A stretch of 61,621 bases of DNA, filler included, from Chiloscyllium plagiosum (lineage: Eukaryota): assembly GCF_004010195.1 (NCBI RefSeq). It is 3 parts of one record of this genome, joined end to end, with 100 filler letters (N's around TTAATTAATTAA, not from the genome) between each part and the next. Parts side by side here need not be neighbours in the genome. Positions count along the whole stretch, not along the records: positions 14,975 to 44,411 come from NC_057715.1; 2 more parts are not named here. The stretch is one strand, 5' to 3'. This document shows positions 24,538 through 36,539 of this stretch, piece by piece. Position 1 is the first letter of the stretch. The number at the start of each line of letters is the position of its first letter. Under the pieces are notes generated by a model. That model made no database searches. It saw only the letters and a program-made list of their open reading frames with translations, and was not told the origin of the DNA. The translations under genes and the position numbers were made by a program.

Positions 24538-26301
24538 ATGGATCTAATGAAGAAATCTCAGTCTAATTGCCAAGGTGTGTTTCTGTGGTTGAACGTGGTG
24601 TCAGGATTCTTGATTGGATGGAGTGTTGCAAAGTCAGATGAACCTCTCATTCTTCAAATTGATGAGGAGCAGCCACCTTTTACCATCATTGGAGATATCA
24701 ATGCAGGCCTGCCTCCTGGACATACAACTAGTAGCTTCTTCATTCACGAGACTGATGGAACAGGCATGTCCTCAGACTTAATTATTGATGAAACCACTGG
24801 GATTATCAAAACAGCCAAAGTGTTGGATCATGAGTCCAGAGATAAGTACAAATTTGTGGCTGTAAATTGGGGAGGTGATGCAGTGGAGGTGGTCATAATC
24901 GTCAATGATATCAATGATAACTCTCCAGTTTTTCCTAGCAGGCAAATGAAACTGAATGTACCTGAACAAACACCTGTGGGAACACGATTTCGTTTAGATT
25001 CAGCTATTGATGCGGATGGAGGTCAGTTTAGCACACAGGGCTATCTTATTAAAGATGGAAATGTGGGGCAAGCCTTTAGGCTTGAAACCAAGAAACTTGC
25101 AGAAACACTGGACCTGGAACTAGTAGTGAATAATCCCCTGGACAGGGAGAAGAGATCTACTTACACCTTAGTCATTGAAGCTTTTGATGGTGGAACTCCC
25201 CGCAGAACCAGTCAGATGATTCTGGATGTCTCCATTTTAGATGTAAATGATAATGCTCCAAGATTTAATCAGACTCGATACTATACCATGATCTCAGAGA
25301 GCCTACAGCCTGGCAGCAATATTCTGCAAGTCTTTGCCACAGACATGGATGAGGGAAATAATGGGGTGGTCATTTATGAGATCAACAGAAGGCAAAGTGA
25401 TCCCGATCAGTATTTTGCCATTGATTCAAAGACAGGCGTTATCAAGTTAAATAAAGGGTTGGATTATGAAATGAAGAAAGTTCATGAGCTGGTGGTCCAA
25501 GCCAGAGACAATGCCACACATCCTGAAGTAACAACGGCATTTGTAACAGTTCAGGTAAAGGATTACAATGACAACCAGCCCACACTCACCATCATCTTTC
25601 TCAGTGAAGATGGTTCACCTCATATCTCAGAGGGAGCTCAGCCAGGCCAGTTTGTGGCCAGGATCTCTGTATCGGATCCTGACTATGGAGAATATGCCAA
25701 AGTCAATGTATCTCTAGATGGTGGTGATGGTAAATTTGGGTTGACTACAAAAGACAATATTATTTATTTGATTTGTGTAGACCAGATGTTAGACAGAGAA
25801 GAGCAAGATACTTATCAGCTGAGTGTCACGGCAACTGATTCTGGAACACCACCATTGAGGGCTGAATCCACATTTACCATACATGTAACTGATGTTAATG
25901 ACAATCCTCCAGTCTTTGACCACTCTGGGTATCGACAGTCCATCCCTGAGGTTCTGTATCCTGGCAGCTTTGTGCTACAAGTAACAGCCAGAGATAAAGA
26001 TGAGGGCAGTAATGGTGAAATTGTGTACAGTATTACTGGCAATACAAACTCTCATTCTGAATGGTTCACCATCGATCAAACGACTGGTGTTATTACCACG
26101 GCTGCAAATTTGGATTATGAAACAGATCCTGTTCCCAAGCTGGTGGTGACGGCTACTGATCGAGGAAATCCTCCCATGTTCTCCTCTGCTACTGTCACTA
26201 TTGCAATCCAAGATGTGAATGATAATGAGCCTGTGTTCAGCCGCAATTTTTACAATACTTCGATCAAAGAACATCTTCCGATGGGAACCTGCTTCCTCCA
26301 G
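24538..26301 (+). CDS. DCHS1: Protocadherin-16 / dachsous cadherin-related 1, first coding exon (588 aa: signal peptide, EC1-EC5, start of EC6)
   Basis: Uninterrupted ORF with LDRE/LDYE, DxNDNxP and AxDxG cadherin motifs; YEINRRQS, IIFLSEDGSP..SEGAQPGQFVARISVSDPD, VTATDSGTPPLRAE and GTCFLQ match DCHS1 as I recall it; ends at a phase-0 donor CAG|GTATGA (GT 26302-26303). Confidence 0.93.
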
Positions 26302-26394
26302 GTATGATCTTTTGCACTGATGTTTTTGGAATGATTATAAATTGTACATGTTGATGAACCTGTTATCTCTAAATGCTCTGCCATTCTGAATGGA

Positions 26395-26585
26395 ATAAAA
26401 ACAGAAAGTGCTGGAGAAACTCAGCATCTGTGAAGAGAAACAGAGTTAATGTTTTGAGTGTGATATGACTCCTACTATTCCAAAACATGAACTCTGTTTC
26501 TCTCCACAAATACTGTCAGACCTAGTGAATCTTTCCAGCACTCCCTCCATTTATTTCAGGTTTCTAGCATCCACAACATTTGTTT
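26395..26585. mobile_element. Degenerate Penelope-derived hairpin insert (older subfamily)
   Basis: Inverted arms agtgctggagaaactca..tgtgaagagaaacagagtt / aactctgtttctctccaca..tttccagcact. Confidence 0.6.
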
Positions 26586-27150
26586 CTATGTTGGAACTGT
26601 ACAGGACTTTGGTGAAGCCACAGCTGGAGTACTGTTTGTAGTTCTGGTCTCCACATTATAGGAAGGATGTGATTGTACTGGAGGTGATGCAGAGAAGATT
26701 CACCAGGACATTGTCTATAATAGAACAGGATAGTGGTGAAGAGAGACTGGAATGTTCGGGATGTTTTCCTTGGAGCAGAGGTTGAAGGCAGGGACCTGAT
26801 AGAGGTGCATAAGATTATGAGGGGCATGGATAGGGTGGATAGAAAGCAGCTGTTCCCCTTAGTTGAAAGGTCAATAACAAAGGAGCATTTTAAGATAAAG
26901 GGCAGGAGATTTAGAGGGGATTTGAGGTAATTTTTTTTAACAAAATGGTAATGGGGTCTAGAATGCACTGCCTAGGAGGGGAGTTGAGGCAGAAACCTCA
27001 CAATCTTTAAAAAATTACTTGGTTGAACATTTGAAATATCATAGCATTCAAGGTGATGTGCTTAGTGCGGGAAGTGGAACTAGTGTAGATTTAGTGTGTT
27101 TTTTTACCAGTGCAGATTCGATGGGCTGAAGGGCCTCTTCTACTATATCT
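26586..27150 (+). mobile_element. CR1 3' fragment
   Basis: ELYRTLVKPQLEYCL.FWSPHYRKD; DLIEVHKIMRGMDRVD. Confidence 0.85.
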
Positions 27151-27229
27151 ATTATTTCATATACTTTCATTGGCACCAGGTTTGGAATAAAAAATCTATC
27201 AACCAGGTTTCTTTAATAATGATTAACAC

Positions 27230-27345
27230 AGGTCTGAAGAAGGGCCATTGGACTTGAAACTTTAACTCTGTTTTCTTTTCACAGATGCTGCGTTTTTCCA
27301 GCAATTTCTGTTTTTGTTTGCTTTGGATCTCCTACATCCGCAATT
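27230..27345 (+). mobile_element. Penelope pLTR remnant with degenerate hammerhead core
   Basis: CTGAAGA 27234-27240 ... GAAAC 27256-27260, followed by the cagatgctg...ttttccagca tail. Confidence 0.6.
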
Positions 27346-28069
27346 CAATAAATGATTAATGCAAAGATGTAAAGCTGCTTAGCAGTTTGAAATCTGTTTA
27401 CCCTTGTAAATACCCCGAAATATAAACACACAATCATACAACAGGACACAAAGCAAGAAAATAGATTTCAATGCAGATATTCACTCTGCCCAACAAGTAT
27501 ATTTCTAGAAATAGGAGAACTGAACTGGGAGGTATCCTCCCTTTAGCAGAGACTGGACACCATGTCCCATTGGTTTTAAACCCTGTTCAAACAGAAACTC
27601 TTTCTCTGACAGTCAAAACCTCTGGAAGGCCACCCCAGTCCAAATGTCCAGTCATTAGCTGAAATCATATTTTCCAAGAAATGTTTCATAAACATTCAAA
27701 TGTCAAGTGACTACTTTTAAAAAAATCCAGGTATTTGCAGAATTGAAATGAATCATTTTCCCATAATTCTTTAAAACTCAAATCCTGAAAAGAAATTAAA
27801 TATGAAGCCTTCATGAGCTTGTGTAGGTTCATGATCACTCCTTGAAAGAAAACAATTAGAAGATTAGCCACTCAACCTAGTTCATATTAAACTGTTCCCT
27901 GGACCCAGGGTCAGAGGACATGCTGAGCTGAAGCATTTGATTGACCAATGAGAAGTGACCCTTCCTCTGCTAAAAAGACCAACCTCTCAACTGAAGGGAA
28001 CTGTATTAAATTACCCCATCCAATTTTAAATCCAATTTTAAAGTTTGTTTTATGGAGGTACAAAAATAA

Positions 28070-28640
28070 TCAAAAAGGAAGAAAAGCAGAAAGGTGGTAA
28101 CTATAAACCAGTTACTTTAACATTTGTCATCGAGAAATTATTAGAAACTGTTTTTACAAAGTAATTGCAAGTCACTTAATGAGTTTGAGGTAACCATGGT
28201 TTTGTCACAGGAAAACCATATTTGACCAGTTTATTGGAGTTCTTTGAGAAGGAACTGTGTGCTGTAATGGTGGATACACTGTACTTCAATTTCCAGAAGG
28301 TACTTAATCAGACGTCACATCAAAGGTTATTGCGGAAAATAAATGTTCATGGTTTTGGGGTCAATATATTGACATGGATGGTAGATTGGCTGGTTAACAG
28401 GAAGTGTGTTAACAGAAAGTAGGAATAAGCGGGTCTTTTTCAGACTGGCACAATATCATGAGTGGTGTGCCATGGGGTCAGGGCTGAGGCCTGAACTTTA
28501 CAATGTATAGAAATGATTTGCTTGAAGGGATTGAAGGTATTGGAGCTACCTTTGCTCATGGCATAGAGATAGATAAATAAGAATGTGAGTTGTGAAGTGA
28601 ATGTTGGGAGACTAAAAATATATACTTATTGGTTAAATGA
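28070..28640 (+). mobile_element. Old CR1 RT fragment
   Basis: ORF 28222-28422 LTSLLEFFE...YFNFQK...HQRLLRK. Confidence 0.75.
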
Positions 28641-29942
28641 ATGCAGAAATTTTTTTAACAATGAAATATAAGTTGCTTAAACAAAAGGTATAAAAATAAC
28701 AAAAGAAACCCAAGCTTTATAAATATAACTTTATAAATATAACACAGTTTGCAAGATTCAAAACACATGGCAAAGCAAACTCCCATCAACTTCCGACACT
28801 GTCATGTGACAATGAATCAAAATCCAAAGAGACTCTCCTTCCCTGTCTAATCAGGTTAACTGCTACTCTGTTCCTGCCCTCTGAGCCATGAAGGCTTTTC
28901 CTTGAACAATCACATTCTGTGATCATAGACTTTCTCAGCTTTGAATGCACAATGCACATTTTTTAAAAGAAAGCATTCATGGGTTGCGGTCATCATGGGC
29001 TGGGCCAGCATTTATTGCCTGTTCCTTGTTGCCCCTTGAGAAGGTGGTGGTGAGCTGCCTTCTTCATCAGCTGCAGTCCACGTGACCAAGAAACAGTGAT
29101 ATGCTTCCAAGTCAGGATGATGAATGGAACTCATAGGTGGTGGTGTTCCCAGGTATCTTCTGCACTTGTCCTCCCCGATGGTAGAAACATAGGAACAAGA
29201 TTTGGCCATTCAATCATTGAGCCTGCCTTGCCATTCATTGCAATTGTGGCAGATCAAACACTCAATGCCTTTTACTCACTCGATTCTTATAACCTTGTAT
29301 GTTATTGGTAATCAGAAAGCTATAAATCTCAACTTTAAACTTACTAAAAGACAAAACTTTCACAGCCCTCTGGGGCAAAAAATTCCAAAGGTTCATGGAT
29401 TGATAGTAATGATATCAGCCAAGTGGATCTCATGGAATATGGAGTTTCCTGATTGGGATTGTTAATCTGGTTTAATCAGAGATCTCTGACTCAAAGCTTT
29501 GACAGAGGGTCAGTTAGACTCAAAATGTCCTTACAGATGCTGCCAGACCTGCTGAGATTTTCCAGCATTTTCTCTTTTGCTATTTGGGAAGCTTGATTCA
29601 TTTGATCCTGCTGTAGAAGATTGGGCCCAGTATGCAGAAAGAATGTGGTTCTTTTGTTCTGGTCAAATAATTTTGGGGCAGATGAAAAGCAACGAGTAAT
29701 TCTTCTGACAACACGTGGACCCACAGCTTTTTTGGTTATCAGGAGCTTAACCTTCCCAGAGGTACCAGATACTAAAACCTTTCAAGAGTTGACAGATTTA
29801 GTTAAGGAATATTGTGACCCCAAGTCTCCTCTAATTCTGAGATGCTATCAGTTTTACTCGACAATTCAAAAACCAGGGAAATCTGTATTGAGATTTTTGA
29901 TGAGGTTAAAGCCACTGGCAGAGGCATGTGACTTTGGTTCAA

Positions 29943-30712
29943 GATCTGGAAAAATGGTGCACGGAGAACAACCCAGCTCTCAATGCCAGCAAAACCAAGG
30001 AACTCATTATTGACTTTTGGCGGGATGTTACTCATACCCCCCTACACATTAACAGCACAGAGGTGGAACGAGCGGAGAGTGCCAAGCTCCTGGGAGCGGT
30101 CATCAACAACAAGCATTCTTGGACTCTCCATGTGGATGCATTGGTTACAAAGGCCCAACTACGTCTCTTCTTCCTCAGGCAGCTGAGGAAATTTGGCATG
30201 ACAGCAAATACCCTTGCCAACTCTTATATGTGTGCCATCGAGAGCATTCTGTCTGGATGTATCACTACCTGGTATGGCAACTGTACCATTCAAGATCGGA
30301 GACGGTTACAGAGAGTGGTGAACTCAGCCCGGACAATCACAAAGGCCACCCTTCCATCTCTAGAATCCATCTACCAGGCCCACTGTCAAGGAAAGGCCGA
30401 GAGCATTCTCAAAGATCCATCCCACTCTGGCAATGTTTTTCTACAACCTCTATCATTGGGGAGAAGGTACAGAAACCTGAACACATGCACCAGTTCAGTT
30501 TCGAAACAGTTTCTACCCTACTGTTGTTAGAATACTGAATGGACTCACAAACTCTTAGCATTTGCCTGTACCCGTGTTTTGGTATTTTGCTGCTGTTTAC
30601 CTATTATTTAGTTATCTCAGCTACTTAACTCTGTGATCTGACTGTACTGCTCGCAAGACAAAGCTTTTCACCGTGTCTCGGTACACGTGACAATAAATTC
30701 AGTTCAATTCAA
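29943..30712 (+). mobile_element. Rex1/Babar non-LTR retrotransposon 3' part inserted in Gypsy gag
   Basis: ORF 29928-30530 WCTENNPALNASKTKELIIDF...IESILSGCITTWYGNC...ILKDPSH; AATAAA plus (TTCAA)n tail; removing it restores gag DFGSMLSEMLRD in frame. Confidence 0.88.
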
Positions 30713-31097
30713 TGCTAAGTGAGATGCTGAGAGACCATTTGGTATGTGGAATTAATGATATGACTGTGCAAAAGCATCTTTTAGCTGAAGCCCAACTGGA
30801 CTTCAAACAGGCACTGCACCTAGTTTTATAATTGGAAAATGGGGCAAGTAGAACATGTGAGTTACAGGGTATTCCGATGGAAGTGAACACCCTCGCCAGG
30901 ACGACTGAGGTTGGGGAACAGCACTTGAGTGAAGGCAATTGCACAGCCTTACTCACGACATATCCTGACCAGAGGGACTCAAAGTCAGCCCACAGCAACA
31001 CTCCAAGACAAAACATAGCCTCGGCCAAATGGTTTAAATGTTCTTCAGGATCTGGGCTGGCAAGCCATTGTAAGCGCTGCCAGTATGTGGACTCGAG

Positions 31098-31227
31098 GTA
31101 GAAGAAGGCATAGACGTACATGGAATAGTGTAGGTTAGATGGGCTTCAGATTGGTATGACAGGTCGGTGCAACATCAAGGGCCAAAGGGTGTGTACTGCG
31201 CTGTAATATTCTATGTTCCATGTTCTA
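31098..31227 (+). mobile_element. Short CR1 3' tail inserted in the Gypsy element
   Basis: ggtgcaacatcaagggccaaagggtgtgtactgcgctgt...ttctatgttccatgttct resembles the tail at 45520-45590. Confidence 0.75.
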
Positions 31228-32426
31228 AGAGTCCCACTAGGACCAAACTGAGTAAGAGAACTCATAGGCCAGTATCCAGGAGAGTGCACACCCCAGAATG
31301 TCCACCTACATCTGGCATGGAGCAATTAAATTGCTTCGCAACAACCAAATCAGAACTAATCAAAATAAACATCTGGCTAAATGGTCACCGGGTTCTAATG
31401 GAGGTTAAGGCTGGTGTGGCTGTATCGGTGGTTGCAAAACCAGTCTTTAACAAAATTCACCCTGGACTCCAAACCCTGAAGTTTGTATCAGACTTCAGTT
31501 AGACTGAGAACCTATAATCAGGCAGCCCCTCAGATTAAGGGTATAAGTTCAGTTTCCATCTCTTATGAGAAGCAACTGGTTCAGTTACAAGTGATTGTAG
31601 TAAAAAGGCTTGGACCTCAGCTTGATGGGGCAAAATTGATTGAGAAAAGTTCAACATGATTGGTTCAACATTTTTCAATTAGAAAATTGCTGCCTGAGTG
31701 AAGTCCTAATTAAATACCCAGAAGATTTTTAGGAAGGTCTAGGGACTATCAAAGGGGTCAAGGCCACTTAACGTGTTGAACAAGAAGCAATTCAATGACT
31801 CTGTAAGGCACACCCAGGGCCATTTGCCTAATGGGCAAAAGTCGAGGCAGGAAATAGGAGATTGGAAAGAGAAGGAATCATCAAACCAGTCTGGTTTGTG
31901 GAATGAGCAGCACCAGTCATATCGATTATGAAGCCTGATGGGCCAGTTCGCCTTTGAGGGGATTTTAAACAAACAGTAAACAGCTATTCACAGCTGGATA
32001 AATACCCAATCCCTCACATATGCAAAAATGGCAGGTAGGGCTATCCTTCACAAGGCTAAACATGAGCCATGCTTATCTACAGTTGCGGTTAGATGGGGAT
32101 TCCCAGAGGTTTGCTATAATTAATACCCATGAGGGTTTGTACCAATATGCAAGACTGCCTTTTGGGGCATCAGCAGCTGTGCCATTTTCCAGTGGATGAT
32201 GAAGAATATTTTACAAGGTCTACCCAGGTCATCATTTAGCTGGATGACGTGCTAATAACCAAGAAAACTAATAGAGACCATTTTGAGAACTTGCATATAG
32301 TGCTTAACTGTTTTTCCAAGGTGGGTGCACCTCTTAGAATGGAAAAATGTATGTTCCAGGTACCCCAAGTGACCTACTTGGACTACAGAGTCGACAAGAC
32401 TGGGTTATACCCATTGGAAGATATAG

Positions 32427-33169
32427 TGTTGAATCCCTCTGTTAATTAAACCAAACACCCAGAAAACCTCACCCCACCTCATAATCTGTTAAAATATGAG
32501 TGTCAGAAAACTCCTAAGTTCCACTATTTAAAGAAAAATAAAAATCAATTTATTCCTTAACTCTAAAAGTGAACATTAAACAACAACTATTCACAACTCT
32601 AAGTTCCTCTTTCTCTTAACTACTTGTTATCTGCCTCCAACTCTATAACACTATACTGTTCCAAAAAAACCTGTATTAAAATTACATCAACTTAATTTCA
32701 AAACCGCACAGTGGCTGTCGTCTCCGGTGTCCTTCTTCTTTCGGCTGAAGATCTCTCTGAGTTGTCTTCTGTCTTTTACTGCTAAGATGTTTCATATGGA
32801 AAAGGCACCTTTGATATAGTGTGTTTTGATTAGCAGTCTCTCTCAATGGCAGTTACTCTCTGTCTACCTTTCAAAATGCCTGCTTCTTTATCCCCCAAGC
32901 ATCAGATGGTTCGAGGTTGGCAAAAACAATAAATTCACACTCGATTGGTTTTTAGTGTGCTGGGACATAGTTTAAACTGATTGGTTAAATTCTAATTATT
33001 GTCAAAACAACTCTGGTATCTAGTTCACAGCCAAATGTTAGATATTTCCAATATTCCAGTACACTCTGAGACTGCTACTTAGTCATATGACAGGTGCTTG
33101 TAAGCTCTCAGTGCAGAACAGCAGTCACTCTCTTTTAAAGGTACAGTACATGCCTTCAACTTCAAAACA
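32427..33169 (-). mobile_element. Solo LTR (743 bp) of a different LTR element inserted in Gypsy RT
   Basis: TGTT...AACA termini; 4-bp TSD ATAG (32423-32426 and 33170-33173); reverse-strand CCAAT boxes and AATAAA; removal restores GLYPLEDIVRAIKSA in frame. Confidence 0.85.
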
Positions 33170-33304
33170 ATAGTGAGGGCAATCAAAAGTGCTCTGGTTC
33201 CCACATTTGTTCTGGACCCTAGGTCTTTCCTCGGACTGATGAATTATTATGAAAAGTTCATACATAACCTGGCCTTCATCCTGGCGCCCTTATATTTGCT
33301 ATTG

Positions 33305-34383
33305 AACATAGAACATAGAACATTACAGCCCTTAAAGTTGGTGAGTCTACTACTGTTGCAGGCAGTGCGTTCCACGCCCCTACTATTCTGAGTAAAGAAA
33401 CCACCTCTGACATCTGTCCTATATCCATCACCCCTCAATTTAAAGTTGTCCACTCGTGCAAGTCATCACCATCCGAGGAAAAAGGCTGTCACTGTCTAAC
33501 CTATCTAACTCTCTAATTATCTTATATGTCTTAATTAAGTCACCTCTCAACCTTCTTCTATCTAGCCAAAACAGCCTCAAGTACCTCAACCTTTCCTCAG
33601 AAGACCTTCCCTCCATACTAGGCAACATCCAAGCAAATCTCCTCTGAACCCTTTCCAAAGCTTCCACATGCTTCCAATAATGGAGTGACCAGAACTGTAT
33701 GCAATACCCCAAGTGCAGCCACACCAAAGTTTTTTTTTAGATTAGATTACATTACAGTGTGGAAACAGGCCCTTCGGCCCAACAAGTCCACACCAACCTG
33801 CCGAAGCGTAACCCACCCATACCCTTACATTTACCCCTTACCTAACACTACGGGCAATTTAGCATAGCCAATTCACATGCACATCTTTGGATTGTGGGAG
33901 GAAACCGGAGCACCCGGAGGAAACCCGGGTTTCCTCCGGGTTTCCCAAGATGTGATGCTGACATGCGATGCCTTCCCATACGATATTGGGATGGTGTCGG
34001 CTCACCAGTACCCCAATGTACAATTGCAGCATGACCTCATGATTCCGAAACTCAATCCCTCTACTAATAAAAGCTAACACACCATATACCTTCTTAACAA
34101 CCCTATCAACCTGAGTGGCAACTTTCAGGGATACATGAACATCAAGATCTCTCTGCTCATCTACACTACCAAGAATCTTACCATTAGCCCACTACTCTGC
34201 ATCCCTGTTACTCCTTCCAAAGTGAATCACCTCACACTTTTCCGCATTAAACTTCATTTGCCACCTCTCAACCCAGCTCTGTAGCTTATCTATGTCCCTC
34301 TTTAACCTTCAACGTCCTTCTGCACTATCCACAATTCTACTGACCTTAGTGTCATCCACAAATTTACTAACCCATCCTTAACC
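33305..34383 (-). mobile_element. CR1 3' part inserted in Gypsy pol
   Basis: (AACATAG)n tail; ORFs 33440-33727 and 33859-34080; TSD CTATTG at 33299-33304 and 34384-34389; removal gives LYLLLERGQPWK. Confidence 0.87.
33739..33941 (-). mobile_element. 5'-truncated HE1 SINE nested in CR1, with fold-back end
   Basis: Similar to 6531-6728; ends in a 30-bp perfect palindrome at 33912-33941. Confidence 0.85.
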
Positions 34384-35460
34384 CTATTGGAAAGGGGTCA
34401 GCCTTGGAAAGGATCGTGAAGTCAATATGTAGCCTTTAGGGAAGTTAAGAAGCAGCTTTTGTCATTTAAGGTGCTTACACACTACGATCCCAACCAAGAT
34501 GTGATGCTGACATGCGATGCCTTCCCATACGATATTGGGATGGTGTCGGCTCACCGGTACCCCAATGGAGAGGAACGCCCGATAGCATAGTGCTGCCCAG
34601 ACATTGGCTGATGCTGAAGTAAAATATGCCCAGATAGAGAAGGAGGGTTTGGCACTTATCTTTTGCATGAGAAAGTTCCACCAGTACCTTTACAGCCATA
34701 AATTTGTGATAGTAATTGACCACAAACCTCTGCTAGGGCTACTTAAAGAGGACAGGGCTGTGCTGCCATAGCTTCAGGTCGAATTCAGCGATGGGCCCTT
34801 GTTCTGAGTGCATGTAATTACAAGTTGATACGCCCTCCAGGAGACCAAGTAGCAAATGCTTTTGCCTTGAGCTGCCTCCCACTGGGCCACCCCTCACACA
34901 ATTACAGCAACAACTCCAGCAGAGTTGCTAATGAGGAGAAGACTCTGTACCAGGTTAAATCTGATATTCCTGGACCTGGGCAGGAGAGTGAAATGGCATC
35001 AGGAATGCCAGTGCTGGACACAAGACTCCCTCTAAGTGAGAAAGACAGTTTACTTTGATGTTTGGTATTGAAACGATGGAAAAAGCTCTGCACAGGTAAA
35101 AAGCATGGTCGATGTGAGGCCAGGTCCCATGACACAAAAAGTTTGATTCGATGAGTTGGTCCTGAACAAGCAGGTAGACCACATGAAAATGGCAAATTCA
35201 CAAACGGAGCAGGGGCAAAACATACCCAGCCCTCAGAACATCTGACAAGGCTGTCAGTACCTGTGGGTTCTCCCTCGCTACCTAGTGTCGAAGAAACCTC
35301 TGAAGAAACCTTTGAAACCTCAGCCTCGACACCATCACTGCCTGAAGAAGATGACCCTCTGAGTGCCAGTATCGAATGCTGAGTTGGAGGAACTGGACCT
35401 GGTGTGAAAATGCCCCAGGAAAAGGAATGGTCCATGTCCCTGGACTTAGTAGGGGAGGGA

Positions 35461-35661
35461 TGAAATGTTTCTAACAGGGCCTTGGGGCTGTTAACCTGGT
35501 CCAATCAATGAGTTCTGGCTGACAGATATAAGCAGGAGTGTCAGAAATTCTGCTCACTCTAGGAGCCGGCTCTGAGCTAGCTGGGTCAGTGTCATACATT
35601 GTGCCTGTGTAAATAATGAGTAACTTGATGACAGGATACTGGCCTTCGTGGAGTTATTTCA
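35461..35661 (+). repeat. 3' LTR of the Gypsy element (~200 bp)
   Basis: Starts TG right after the PPT; contains CCAAT and GATATAA; ends CA before the TSD; ttggggctgttaacctggtccaatca aligns with the 5' LTR remnant ttgggattgttaatctggtttaatca (~29453-29478). Confidence 0.8.
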
Positions 35662-36539
35662 GTTCATAACCCTCTGAGGAAAATAATTTCTCTTCATCTT
35701 GGACTTAAATGGCATCCACCTTATTTTTAAATTGTCTCCCATGGTTCTAGACCTCCCCCAACCAGGCAAAACATCTTATCTGCATCTATTCTATCTATCC
35801 CTTTAAGTAATTTGTAGGTTTTAAAGAGAACACCTCTCATTCTTGGAAGCTCCAGAGAATATAGTCTCAGTTTGCCAAATCTCTCTTTATAGCACAGTCT
35901 CACCATCATGAGAGCAAGTCTGGTGAACCTATGCTGCACTCCCTCTATGGTAATGATATCTTTCCTGAGATAAGGTGACCAAAACTGTGCTCAGTATGTC
36001 AGGTGTGGTCAAACCAGATTATCCATTTATTTCCATCTTTCCTAATAGATTCTAGCATGTTCTCTACTACTGATATAAGGTAATGAATCTGGAGTTCCCT
36101 GTGTTCTCTCTCACTCTTTTCTTAAATAGTAGGTAGTGGTCTCAGATTTGCAAGCTGTTTAAGGAGTCTTAAGAAAATATGAAAAGGAGCAGGAGTAGGC
36201 CGTTCAGCCACTCATACCTACTCCGTAGATCAATAAAATTGTAGCTCTTCTGATTGTAACCTCAAACCCACATTCCCACTTATCCCTGAGAACTTTACAA
36301 CCCCTGCTTAATAAGAATCTCTCTACTTCTGCCTTCAAAATATTCAATGACTCTGATTCCACCACCTTTTGACGAAGAGAGTTCTAAAGTCTCATGACCC
36401 ACAGAGATATTCTTTGTTGCCAAATCTCTATTTTAAATGGGTGGCCCCTTTTCCTTTTAAAGGACCTTTATGAGCTACTATAATGCATCTTAATGATTCA
36501 TCAAACGACAATGGTTGAATTCTCTCTTCATTGGCCAAC

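Larger units (their letters stand above)
29396..35661 (+). mobile_element. Decayed Gypsy/Ty3 LTR retrotransposon (Mag-like), gag-pro-RT-RNaseH with partly deleted integrase
   Basis: TG...CA ends with 5-bp TSD GTTCA (29391-29395 and 35662-35666); gag FGKLDSFDPAVEDW...LAEACDFG..LRDHLVCGIND; protease-like NGHRVLMEVKAG; RT INTHEGLYQYARLPFG and LDDVLI; RNase H LTCDAFPY, YAQIEKEGLA, DHKPLLGL; PPT AGGGGAGGGA at 35451-35460. Confidence 0.88.
29183..36017 (-). mobile_element. CR1 3' fragment split by the Gypsy element (pieces 29183-29395 and 35662-36017)
   Basis: Joining gives ...aattccaaagGTTCAtaaccctctgaggaaaataatttctc, a continuous CR1 reverse-strand 3' sequence; ORF 35727-35939. Confidence 0.78.

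Noticed and set aside
24538..26301. Clustered protocadherin, FAT or DCHS2 identity
   Set aside because: No transmembrane segment in the exon, and the EC3-EC4 sequence matches DCHS1 as I recall it; BLAST or phylogeny is needed for formal confirmation
26302..26307. Stop codon making a secreted 589-aa cadherin
   Set aside because: The ORF ends mid-EC6 at CAG|GTATGA, a canonical donor; the stop is intronic. An intronic polyadenylation isoform (AATAAA at ~26393) cannot be excluded but has no support here
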